Assembly: GCF_006345805.1 (NCBI RefSeq)
Contig: NC_043020.1
Location: forward strand, 16,492,001-16,556,000
From: Octopus sinensis
Taxonomy: Eukaryota
Direction: 5' to 3'
Length of the DNA stretch: 64,000 bases
Shown piece by piece: positions 39,566 through 51,646 of this stretch. Positions within the stretch are counted from its first letter, which is position 1. Each line of letters starts with the position of its first letter. The notes beneath the pieces were generated by a model. The model saw only the letters and a program-made list of their open reading frames with translations. It was not told the origin of the DNA and searched no databases. The position numbers and the translations under genes are program-made.

Positions 39566-40031
39566 AGGAATCCAGTAGAGATGATGTTTAATCTATTTCC
39601 ACTATAACAGGAATAAAGCATGACAGGGTTAATGTATTTGGAATCATGTAGAAGTTAATGGCTTTTAGTTAGCCTTCTGTGTCATGGTTTAAAAAGTTTT
39701 GTCTACATACGCATCATCGGTGTTAGAAGTGGTGGAAGATGGTATGTGTGAAGTGTAAGGGTGCATGGCCTCATGATTGTGAGATTGTGGGTTTGATTCT
39801 CAGACCAGGTGATGTGTTCTTGAGCAAAACACTTAATATCATGTTGCTCTGTGATCATGTCAACATCTGCCATACAGCACACCAGGCAATGTTGATTTAA
39901 TGGAGAGAGTGAGGAAGCTGATGTGCAGCACACGCATTTGATCACTATTAACAAATCATCTGTAGAGTTTGTTCAGCTAGAAATTGCAAAACTGTCTTTC
40001 TCAGACTCAAGGGACTACCATTAATCAATAT

Positions 40032-40443
40032 ACTCTCTTTTACTCTTTTACTCGTTTCAGTCATTTGACTGCGGCCATGCTGGAGCACCGCCTTTAGTCG
40101 AGCAAATCGACCCCGGGACTTATTCTTTTGTAAGCCCAGTACTTATTCTATCGGTCTCTTTTGCTGAACCGCTAAGTGATGGAGACGTAAACACACCTGC
40201 ATCGGTTGTCAAGCAATGCTAGAAGAACAAACACAGACACACAAACACACACACACATACATATATATATACATATATTCGATGGGCTTCTTTCAGTTTC
40301 CGTCTACCAAATCCACTCACAAGGCATTGGTCGGCCCGGGGCTATAACAGAAGACACTTGCCCAAGCTGCCATGCAGTGGGACTGAACCCGGAACCATGT
40401 GGTTGGTAAACAAGCTACTTACCACACAGCCACTCCTGCGCCT
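40032..40443 (-). mobile_element. tRNA-derived SINE, family A, full length
   Basis: Near-identical to 26478-26887. Confidence 0.9.
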
Positions 40444-40693
40444 ATGCAGAGATATCTTTGTAAGTATACATGTGCTGGAAGCATATGGCTTAATGGTTAG
40501 GGTGTTGGACTCATGATTGTATGATTGTGGTTTTGATTCTTGGACTAGGCAACGCATTGTGTTCTTGAGCAAAACACTCCACTCAGCTGCTTAAAATGAG
40601 TAATCCTGCAATGGACCAGCATCCAGGGAGGAGTATATATACACCAAAGAAACCAGGAAACTGGCCCTTATGAAGTAATGTGGACTAATTATA

Positions 40694-40927
40694 CCTATTT
40701 CTTTATTACCCACAAGGGGATAAACACAGAGGGGACAAACAAGGATAGACATAGGTATTAAGTCGATTACATCAACCCCAGTGCATAACTAGTACTTAAT
40801 TTATCGACCCCGAAAGGATTAAAGGCAAAGTCGACCTCGGCGGAATTCGAACTCACAACGTAACGCAGACGAAATACCGCTAAGCATTTCACCCGGTGTG
40901 CTAACGTTTCTGCCAGCTTGCTGCCTT
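40694..40927 (-). mobile_element. tRNA-derived SINE, family B
   Basis: Full-length reverse copy; GACTAATTATACCT occurs at both ends (TSD-like). Confidence 0.88.
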
Positions 40928-41514
40928 ATACCTGACTAATTATACCTGTGATTTGACCCTTTGGCATTTAAATCGACCATATCTGACCAAAGATTTCTTC
41001 CTGTTATATCTTCAAACTGACCAGACTCATCCCTTCACACCTGCTCTTTAAAAGGTTAAACCAGCCATATCCAGCCAAAATATTTTATGCTTTATGGTCA
41101 AAACAACCAGATCCAGCCTCTCACATCCACCCTACAATGTCATTCTAAAAATAAGATAATCACATCATTGAAATCTCAAAGCTACAAGATAATGCATGAG
41201 TAATTCAAAACAACGAGAATAAATAAGCATTACATTAGACAGAGTAATCTAAAGGGTTAGGAGCCATCACAGAAAAAAAGGTGATTCTTTCACTAGTGCC
41301 TTATCTTATATCTTTTTATCCGTTTCCGTCAATAGATTGCAGCCATCTTGGAGTACTGCCTTGAAGAACTTTCAGTCGAATGTATCAACCCCAGTACTTC
41401 CTTTTTTAAACCTGTCATTTTATCAGTCTCTTTCTCCTGAACTGCTAATTTATGAGGACATAAACAAACCAATACTGGTTGTCAAGTGGTGGTGGGACAC
41501 ACACACACATATAT

Positions 41515-41710
41515 ATGTGTATTGGATCGTTAGCCCCTACATTCAATTTTTTTCTCTCCTTGTTTCTTTTCTGTGTATCTTTCTGTCGAAGAGCGTAGGC
41601 TCAAAACGTAAAAGACTTGTTTTATTTCTATTCCTGAGTGCCATACTAATACATTGTTTGTTTGTACTCCACCTGCCTTCGTCTTTTGTTTATTTTCATA
41701 AACCTTCCCG

Positions 41711-41712
<2 letters not shown>
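41515..41712 (+). mobile_element. Penelope-like non-autonomous element, second copy
   Basis: TCTTT CTGTCGA A GAGC GTAG GCTC AAAA CGTA AAAGA (GAAA mutated to AAAA); ends CTTCCCGTT(TA)n. Confidence 0.7.
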
Positions 41713-41757
<45 letters not shown>

Positions 41758-43225
41758 CTTGACAAGCTTCTTTCAGTTTCTGTCTACCAAGTCCACTCAA
41801 AGGCTTTGGTCTGCCTGAGACTATAATAGAAAACACTTGCTGAAGATGCCACGCAGTGGAACTGAACCTGGATCCATGTAGTTGGGCAGCAGGCTTCTTA
41901 TCGCACAGCCATACCTGTCTCTATATTGAAACGTTTTTCATAATTTTTTGATTTTAATGATTTTTTAATACATTTTATTATTTTTTTATGAATCTGTATG
42001 AATTGTTGAATTGTTTCAAATATTCGGTTAGAACCTTAACTCAGTACATAGATTTGGAAGACCAGGAGTAGACTGCCATTGCTGCCACCCAGAAGAAGCG
42101 GCTGTGATACAAATTTTATTTCTAATAAATGAGGTATGTAGTTTTTTTATTATTATTATTATTGTTATTTGATTTTTTTTTTCAGTGATCTGACTCTATT
42201 AGCCTCTTATTCAATATGCCTATGTCTGGTAGGCAATGCTCATTTACTCTATAAGAAAGCCATAATCCCAGAATATCTTTGCTTTCCCATTCTCCTATAT
42301 TCCTTTACTGTGCACATGCTTATACCAATTCTTTCTTTCTTCATATTGGTATTTACAACATAAAAACTAATGAAGATGCAAACAGACTTTATCATGACAG
42401 CACTGTTATTATTATTATTAATGCTTAGCAGTATTTTGCTCATCACTACATTCTGAGTTCAAATTCTGCCAAGGTCAACTTTGCCTTTCATCCTTTCAGG
42501 GCTGATAAAATAAGTACCAGTTGAACACTGGGGTCGATGTAATCGACTCATGCCCTCCCTGCAAAATTGCTGCCCTTGTGGCAAAATTTGAAACTATTAT
42601 TATTATTATTATTATTATATTATTATTATTATTGTTAATGCTTAGTGGTGTTTCACCCTCTGAGTTCAAATCCTACTGAGGTCAACTTTGCTTTTCATCC
42701 TTTCAGGGTCAATAAATTAAGTACCAGTGAAATACTGGGGTCAATGTAATCAACTAGTTTTCAGGCCTTCTGCCTTTAATAGAATCATCATTTAGCATCC
42801 CCTTTCCATGCTAGCATGGGTTGGACAGTTGAACTGGGGTCTGGGAAGCCAGAAGGCTGCACCAGGCCCAGTCTGATCTGGCAATGTTTCTACGGCTAGA
42901 TGCCCTTCCTAACGCCAACCACTCCGTGAGTGTAGTGGGTGCTTTTTACATGCCACCGGCACAGATGCCAGACGGGGCTGGCGAACGGCCACAATCGGAT
43001 GGTGCTTTTTACGTGCCACCGGCACAGAGGCCAGTGGCACCACTATAAATATTAGGTTAAAAAGACCTACTGGATAGAAAATGCCAAAGGCTGTTCACAG
43101 GACATTTTGTGTCACTTTGTCTTGATGTCGCATCCATGGATGTCATTCAGTTCCAATATCCTGCAAAATAAACATGTCTGGGCATGGAAAAATATTTCCT
43201 TGCTTGTAAACAGACGAGGGTTGTG

Positions 43226-43795
43226 TAAGTTAAGTTAAGTTAAGTTAATCTTTTGGCTCAAAAAGCAAAAAGCAAGGCCATGTAGGGGGACATGGAGTTA
43301 TGTACAGGGAGGGTGTTCATGCAAAGAGTTCAGGCCATTCTGGTCCAGAGAGACTTTGAACCAAGCGGTCGTCAGCATCTTCACTATCTCGTCCAGCAGC
43401 TTATTCCATGTATCTGCAACCCGGACGGAGAAAGCCCCTCTCCTTCGATTGAGATGAAATTGTCGCAGATAGAGCTTTTCAGAGTGACCCCCGCAGCCGA
43501 CGCTCTGGAGCAGGAGTGAAGAACAGCTCTTTCGAGAGGTTACACTTTCCACTTATGATGTTGTGAGCAAGAATGAGATCACCACGGCGGCGGCGTTTTT
43601 CTAGAGAATAAAAGTCGAGCGTCTTCAGCCTTTCTTCATAAGACAAATGCTTGAGACCAAGAACCATGCGGGTAGCCAGCTTCTGGACTCTTTTGAGATG
43701 ATGTATGTCTTTGAGGAGATAAGGAGAAGAGGCTTGAATCCCGTACTCCAATATGGGTCTCACCAGCGTGACATAGAGCGGTAGGAATATGGCTG
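43226..43795 (-). mobile_element. CR1-clade LINE 3' end, 5'-truncated
   Basis: LPLYVTLVRPILEYG..SPY..LKRVQKLATRMV..YEERLKTL..LEKRRRRGDLI..RG(H)SEKL..FSVRVADTWNKL, with a single +1 frameshift in a G run near 43490; (AACTT)n 3' tail at 43226-43247. Confidence 0.9.
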
Positions 43796-45044
43796 TAGAA
43801 GAAGGGTATCCAGCCAAAGAAAATCTTCTCCAGTAAACTTCATCTGGCCCATGCAAGCATGGAAAGGTGGATGTTAAAACAATGATGAGGATGATTCTCT
43901 GTGCTGTTGGGGATTTGATGAGTCACCCATGCACCATATCACCATTAATATTTTTCCCTTACACTCCATAGCAACATTAAAGAAGGTGACCCCTTTTTAA
44001 ATCTATGGTAACATTTCAAAGTACCAGTTCTTGAATATTGGTTTCACATTTTGGGAGAAGGCCAGATTTTCAAGGAAGAGAATAAGTCACTTAGATCAAC
44101 CCCAGTACTCAGCTGGTACTTATTTTATTGATCCCAAAAGGATGAAAGGCAAAGTCGACTTTGGTGGAATTTGAACTCAGAATGTAAAGATGGACAAAAT
44201 GTTGCTAAGCATTTTGCCTGGTGTTGTAACAATTCTGCCAGCCCACCACCTTTGCTCACTAGCAGTTCTTAAATATTGAATACTATCTCAGTTCTGTATC
44301 TCATTTTATATGCTTCATTAGCCCCAGTGTTATCAACAATAATGCTCCTACTATAATTAACTCCACTGGTTAATGACCTCTAATATCACTGTTATAAGAT
44401 GTTAATTAATTTATATTTCATTGAATGACATCACACAGTGTCACCTTCTACAGGCTAAGTTCATCTAATAGCTTAGTATCTTCTTAAAATATTCTTATAT
44501 TTAGTTTGCTCAAAATGAATAGAATTGGTTTGGCAGTGGAATCTTCCATCAAGTTTATTACTGCCACAAAATGTATATGCTACTATCGACTTCATTATGC
44601 ATTTATGATGATATCAATCAGTTAACAATTGATTGCATAAGAAAATACCAAATAGATTTTCATGTTGAAGATAAAAATAAAATCAATATAGCTTTGCCGT
44701 ATCTGTAATTAATACTTAAATTAATTCTTTGTGGTGATTAGTAGTAAAATTGCTGATTAGACTACATATAGTGCTACCAACTCTCTGGTAACGACTTCGA
44801 AACTACTGCAGGCATTATAGCATCTTTCTAAGGCATTGAACTGGCAGAATCATTAGTGCGCCAGGAAGGTACTTCATGGCATTTCGTGTCTTTACATTCT
44901 GAGTTCAAATTCCGCCATGGTCAACTTTGCTTTTCATCCGTTCAGGGTCAATAAATTAAGTTACCAGTTTACGCCTTTGAATTTTTTGTGAGTTTGTGAA
45001 TTACTTACAAAGTTAAAACATCAGTATTCTTTGGAAAAGTTTAA

Positions 45045-45264
45045 CCCTTTCGTTACCAACCTGGCTGAAACCGGCTCTGGCTCTGGGTATAAATGTCTTA
45101 TTTTCATAAGTTTTTAATCAAAATCTTCCACCAAACCTTAGTCACAATTTATGTTCCTAACACTAGCTGAATGATAACTAAGTTATTTTACTAAATTCTT
45201 TGTTATATTTAAAGTAATCGAAAGAAACACAGAGCATCTCAAAATAAATACAGTAACAAAAGGG
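45045..45264. mobile_element. piggyBac-like MITE (family 1)
   Basis: TTAA TSDs at 45041-45044 and 45265-45268; termini CCCTTTCGTTAC / GTAACAAAAGGG. Confidence 0.9.
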
Positions 45265-45521
45265 TTAAACAGCTTTCATGGCATATTTGTAAAGTATTGA
45301 ATATTCCCTTCCTCCACTGAACACACTATACAATGCCTCAGTTTTTCAATGTTTCAGTCAACATAACTAGTTGAAAAGGTATTAGATGTTGGAGGAGATT
45401 TATATGATGAAATGTCATCCTTCAGCTCTAGGAACTAAAATCTCTTTGTCAACAGCAGACTCACCTACACAACACAAGACTCTGGTTTACCCAACATTTT
45501 AAAACTAGATTCTCATCTCAT

Positions 45522-45857
45522 AGGTGCATGGCTCAGTGGTTAGAACATCAGGCTCACTATAACGAAGTAGTGAGTTTGATTCCTGGACCAGGCTGTGTGT
45601 TGTGATCTTGAGGAAGACACTTTATGTCACATTGCTCGAGCTCATTCAGCTGTAGAAATGAGTTGCTATGTCACTGGTGTCAAGCTGTATAGACTCTTTG
45701 CATTTCCCTTGGATAACATCGGTGACATGGAAAGGATAGGCTGGTATGCATGGGCAACTGCTGGTCTTTCATAAACAACCTTGTCTAGATTTGTGCCTCA
45801 GAGGGGAACTGTCTAGGTGCAATTCCATGGTCATTCATGACCGAAGGGGCTTTACCC
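45522..45857 (+). mobile_element. tRNA-derived SINE, family D, full length
   Basis: A-box TGGCTCAGTGG, B-box-like GAGTTTGATTCC, CORE-like body, family D tail. Confidence 0.8.
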
Positions 45858-46190
45858 TTTTACTCACTCTACAACAGACTTTCATCAAATAACTACCAGA
45901 CTCGTTGACTCAACATTAGAAACTAGTTAAGAATGGCTTCTGTGAACCTCTGAGGTTTTTTTATCTTTTACTTGATTCATTCATTGGACTGCAGCCATGC
46001 TGGGGCACCATCATGGAGAGATTTAATCAAACAAATCAACCTCTGTGTGCACTTCCTTTACTTTTTTTAAGCCTGGTATTTATTTGTATTAGTCTTTTAT
46101 GCAGGACTTACACAAACCAACAATGCTTGTCAAGTAGTTGTAGGAGACAAACACGAAGATACACACATATTTATATATATATTTATATAC

Positions 46191-46491
46191 GGGGGCGCAA
46201 TAGCCCAGTGGTTAGGGCAGCGGGCTCGCAGTCGTAGGATCGCGGTTTCGATTCCCAGACCGGGCGTGTGTTTATTGAGCGAAAACACATAAAAAGCTCC
46301 ACGAGGCTCCGGCAGGGGGTGGCAATCCCTGCTGTACTCCTTCACCACTCTTTCTCTCACTCTTTCTTCTGTTGGCCTGCTTGCTTAGCCAGCAGGGTGG
46401 CGTCGTTCGAAGGCTAAAACAATGCGAACGCATTGTGACCAGTGATGTGTAGCAACATCTAATGGTCTGGTCGGTCACATGATCACGTGAT
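46191..46491 (+). mobile_element. Young tRNA-derived SINE (fourth family), nested in a family A SINE
   Basis: A-box TAGCCCAGTGG (46201), B-box GGTTTCGATTCC (46244), CpG-rich body; sits in the (TA)n tract of a minus-strand family A copy at about 45960-46700. Confidence 0.8.
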
Positions 46492-46719
46492 ATTTATATA
46501 CACACACACATATGTACATGCATATATATCTATATGCAAATACACATACATATATTTCTTTCAGTTTCTGTTTACCAAATCCACTCACAAGGCTTTGGTC
46601 AGCTTAGGGCTATAGTAGAAGACATTTGCCCAAGTTTCCCATGCAGTAAGAAGACTGTACCCAGAACCATGTACTTGGGAAAGCAAACATCGTACCACAC
46701 AGTCATACTAGCCCTTATA

Positions 46720-46958
46720 CCTATTTCTTTACTGCCCACAAGGGGCTACACACAGAGGGAACAAACAAGGACAGACAAACAGATTAAGTCAATTATATCG
46801 ACCCCAGTGCGTAACCGGTACTTATTTAATTGACCCCGAAAGGATGAAAGGCAAAGTCGACCTCAGCGGAATTTGAACTCAGCACGTAGCGGCAGACGAA
46901 ATACCGCTAAGCATTTCGCCCGGCGTGCTAACGTTTCTGCCAGCTCGCCACTCGCCCC
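46720..46958 (-). mobile_element. tRNA-derived SINE, family B
   Basis: Full-length reverse copy. Confidence 0.88.
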
Positions 46959-47458
46959 TATACCACCACCTGTGCCTGTTAAAGAATTAACATTTTCCCC
47001 TCCATGACTAACAATAACTCTGCTTACCTTGGCTTGTAGGGCTCCAGCTTCTTAGTTAAGGGCTAGTGGTGGGAAGAAGACCCAACTATGAAGGGAAAAT
47101 GATTTTTTCCCCTCTTCATTTGCACCATGGGACTAAACAGCAGTAACAAAATTGTTATGACGCATGCTGCAGAAACTGCCGATCTTTTATTGTTGCCCAG
47201 CATCCTCTGCTTCCCTTGTTACTGTTGGAATCCTAATTATTTTGCTGCTCATTAATATTTCGTTTTGAATTTTTCATCCCATCATTAGTATTCGTTAAAG
47301 CTGAAATGTTGATTAAGCTTATCTCATTTGTTTTATTTCTCACTACACTGTTACATCATTAAATGGCTACCATCATTTTGCTACACTTAAACAGAAAATT
47401 TGTTTTTATTTCAAGTATTCCATTACTTCCCACCTTTGTGCGCTGTTCCTTCTCCTCT

Positions 47459-48058
47459 GCTGCGATCATTCCCTCCTCCTCTGCTGCCATCATTCTCTCC
47501 CCCTCTGCTGTAATCATTCCCTCTTCCTCTGCTGCCATCATTCCCTCCTCCTCTGCTGCAATCATTCCCTCCTCCTCTGCTGCCATCATTCCCTCCTCCT
47601 CTGCTGCAATCATTCCCTCCTCCTCTGCTGCCATCATTCCCTCCTCCTCTGCTGCCATCATTCCCTCCTCCTCTGCTGCCATCATTCTCTCCCCCTCTGC
47701 TGCAATCATTCCCTCCTCCTCTGCTGCAATCATTCCCTCCTCCTCTGCTGCGATCATTCCCGCCTCCTCTGCTGCCATCATTCCCGCCTCCTCTGCTGCC
47801 ATCATTCTCTCCCCCTCTGCTGCCATCATTCCCTCCTCCTCTGTTGCGATCATTCCCTCCTCCTCTGCTGCAATCATTCCCTCCTCCTCTGCTGCCATCA
47901 TTCCCTCCTCCTCTGCTGCCATCATTCTCTCCCCCTCTGTTGCCATCATTCTCTCCCCCTCTGCTGCCATCATTCCCTCCTCCTCTGTTGCGATCATTCC
48001 CTCCTCCTCTGCTGTAATCATTCCCTCCTCCTCTGCTGCCATCATTCCCTCCTCCTTC
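47459..48058. repeat. 24-bp minisatellite, 25 units (GCTGCNATCATTCCCTCCTCCTCT)
   Basis: No indels across 600 bp; reads (AAIIPSSS)n on + and (MMAAEEEG)n on -. Confidence 0.95.
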
Positions 48059-49062
48059 TCATTTTCTTTTATCATTTTAAACACAAAAGATAAATATCTG
48101 TTTCTATCTTTAGTTGAGACATTACAATAGCTGTAGTAGAACTAATAACAATGATAACAACAACAACAACAATAATGGTTTCGAATGTTGGCACAAGGCC
48201 AGCAAGTTTCAGGGAGGGGGTAAGTTGATTACATCAACCCCAGTTCTCAGCTGGTACTTACTTTATCAACCCCTAAAGGATGAAAGGCAAAGTCAACCCC
48301 AGCAGTATTTGAACTCACAACATAAAGACTGACGAAATGCCACAAAGCATTTTGCCCAGCATGCAAACAATTCTACCAGCTTGCCACCTTCATCATCATC
48401 ATAATAATAATAATAATCCTTTCTACTATAGGCACAAGGCCTGAAATTTGTGGCACGGGGGTAAGTCGATCACATTGACCCCCTCAGTACTTGACTGATA
48501 CTTAATTTATCGACCCTGAAAGGATGAAGTGCAAAGTTAACCTCAGTAAAATTTGAACATAAAGATAGGTGAAATACCACTAAGCATTTTGCCCATGTGC
48601 TAATTCTGCCAATGCTCTACCCTTAATGATTGTTTCTAGTATAAGTGCAAGGTCAATAGCTTTCAGGAAATTAATTTAGTTGATGCTTTTGATCTCAGTG
48701 CTTGATTGGTTCTTTATTTTATTGCCACTGAAAGGAGGAAGAATAAGCAAAATTGACTTCAGTAAGATTTGAACTCAGAATGTAACGAGCTGCAATGAAT
48801 ATTGTAAGGCATCCTTACCCAATGCTGTAATAATTCTGCCAACCTGTTGCTCAACATATTTGTTACAACAGGTAGAAGGTCTCAGATTCAGTGAGAGTTC
48901 ATCAGTTATATCAACCCCCAGCACTTGACTGGTACTTTATTTTGTTAACCTTGTAAGGATGTAAGGCAAAGTTGACCTCAGCAGAATTTGAACTCAGAGA
49001 CACAAAGTTGGAATGAGTACTACCAAGCATTCTATGCAACACTCTCATGAGATGTTCCCAAG

Positions 49063-49098
<36 letters not shown>

Positions 49099-49961
49099 GC
49101 GCACATCCAAGCAGTGTTCTAAAATACAATAACATTAAATAGATATGACACTTTCCTTCTGTTCTTTACACATCTGTCAAAGAAAATCATTAGAACATGT
49201 TTTATTTGAAAAACAAAATTTGAAAAAGCCTAACTCGATTGAAATATTAAACTTAGTTCCGTATATAATTTTTCCTGTCTCCCCACTCTTCTTCAAAACT
49301 CTCCCAGAGCTACTATTACTAAGTTTCTCTATGGAATGGAAAAAAGAATCAATAATTGCTACGTTCTTTTATTGAAATTCATTTTGTTATATTTGAATTT
49401 TCTGATACAATTCATAGGTGCTGTTTGTTTGTTTGTTTGATTTGAAGATTTTTGTTTTACATTTGTTCTACATTATCAGTTTGATAGTTCTATATTTTTG
49501 CAATACATTTTGTCTTTGAATATCTGTCAGGAATATAATAAAAGTTTGTGCTGCTAAAATCACATTTAAATTATTTGAAACATTTTCTGTATATAAAAAT
49601 GCAATAAGTAAATAAGTAAGACAAATTGTAGCAAATGTCAGTTAATATGATTTCTCATTCTTTCATTCCTGGTTGCAAACACTTCACTTGTACTGTTCGC
49701 GGAATCTATAAACATTGTTACTTTTACTGATTATTCTTCTGAACTCTGCAGCTTTAATTTATCGTTGATAGATAGTATAATTGATGGCAGTTTCTTTGTC
49801 TGAAGATCATAAGGAAGAGCAGCTTGTCCTTGATGCTGCAGGGTTTTTCTTCCTTCCTGTGCCCAGTAGTTTTAAAGTGAGAATCAATCCACAAAACCCA
49901 GTCCCACCTTTAAGACATGGAGGTCTGACCTCAGTGGCTCAGAGGACTAAAATAGCTGTTT

Positions 49962-50194
49962 AAGGTGGCGAGCTGGCAGAAACATTAGCACACCGGGCAA
50001 AATGCGTAGCCGTATTTCGTCTGCCGTTACGTTCTGAGTTCAAATTCCGCCAAAGTTGACTTTGCCTTTCATCCTTTTGGGGTCGATAAATTAAGTACCA
50101 GTTACGCACTGGGTCGATGTAATCGACTTAATCCGTTTGTCTGTCCTTGTTTGTCCTCTCTGTGTTTAGCCCCTTGTGGGCAATAAAGAAATAT
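49962..50194 (+). mobile_element. tRNA-derived SINE, family B
   Basis: Full-length, CpG-retaining copy. Confidence 0.9.
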
Positions 50195-50473
50195 AAGATG
50201 GCTGTAGATTTTACATTCAACCACAACTACATGGTATCTTAGACTTCAGCATCTTCTACCATAGCCTCATCTTTACTTATGCCTCATGAGTGAAATTCGG
50301 TAGATGGAAGCTGTACAGAAGCTTGTTTCTTAGAGATGATGGGTATGTATCTATATCCACACGTCTCCATTTTACACAATTAAGATAGTAGTGATGATGA
50401 TATTTTCATCAGCCTGGCACCTTCCATATCCAAGAGTCAGCTTGCCAAGGCCCTCCAGTTTCATTACTTGTTA

Positions 50474-50687
50474 TTCTTTACTCATTTACTTGTTTCAGTC
50501 ATTTGACTGTGGCCATGCTGGAGCACCGCCTTTAATCGAGCAACTCGACCCCGGGACTTATTCTTTTGTAAGCCCAGTACTTATTCTATCGGTCTCTTTT
50601 GCCGAACCGCTACGTAACGGGGACATAAACACACCAGCATCGGTTGTCAAGCAATGCTAGGGGGACAAACACAGACACACACACACA

Positions 50688-50727
<40 letters not shown>

Positions 50728-50892
50728 TACGACGGGTTTCTTTCAGTTTCCGTCTACCAAATCCACTCACAAGGCTTTGGTCGACCCGAGGCTATAGTAG
50801 AAGACACTTGCCCAAGGTGCCACGCAGTGGGACTGAACCAGAACCATGTGGTTGGTAAACAAGCTACTTACCACACAACCACTCCTGCACCT
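50474..50892 (-). mobile_element. tRNA-derived SINE, family A, full length
   Basis: Near-identical to the other young family A copies. Confidence 0.9.
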
Positions 50893-50996
50893 GTTGCTTC
50901 TATTAAGATCATCATTGGCATTTTGGGGAGGATGATATGTGATAGGACCCCAGTCCCTTTCATGATGACTGGCTGGTGTTGATTTGCCCTGTCTTA

Positions 50997-51282
50997 TGTC
51001 ATGTCACGTTACCCCTCTGTTACACCTTCAAGTCCATTTACCAGTGTTGGTTCTTCTACACTTTCCCCTTTGCCAGGTTTACTAAGGGATAACCATTCCC
51101 ACCTTCAGGCGTAGCTCTTTGGTTCACTCATATAGTTTAACTGATTAGTTACATTGTGTTGTGGCCGCCGCGGTATACTGCAGCCTTCATGGAGCTATAA
51201 ATAATCTAAATGCAGGAATGGGAGCCAGATATGATCCTGGGGCCAATCCTCGAAGGGAAGTGACTGCCTCTCACTTCTTACA
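50997..51282 (+). mobile_element. Solo LTR (286 bp)
   Basis: TGTCA...TTACA termini, TCTTA duplicated at 50992-50996 and 51283-51287, TATAAATA at 51196, CpG cluster GGCCGCCGCGG. Confidence 0.7.
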
Positions 51283-51646
51283 TCTTACAGCAATAGTAGT
51301 AGTTATAATATTGATTTCGAATATTAGCACAAGGCCAGCAATTTCAGGGGAAGGGGTAAGTCGATTACATCAACCCCAGTGCTTAACTGATACTTATTCT
51401 GAAAGAATGAAAGGCAAAGTCAACCTCAGCAGTATTTGAACTTAGAACCTAAAGATGAATGAAATGCTGCTAAGTGTTTTGCCCAGTGTGCTAACGATTC
51501 TGCCAGCTCACTGCCTTAGTAGCAGTTATAATATTGATTTCTTGTATTTTCCGCTAGGGTGATGGATGAGGGAGTAGAATACAAGGATAGGCATAGTATG
51601 AGGAGTATGAAGAATCTAATGATAGAAAAACTGAATACATATATAT

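Noticed and set aside
46191-46266. tRNA-like sequence
   Set aside because: The acceptor stem does not close and it continues into a SINE body; it is a SINE head, not a tRNA gene.
47459-48058. CRISPR-like regular array
   Set aside because: Contiguous tandem units with no unique spacers, no cas genes and a eukaryotic context.
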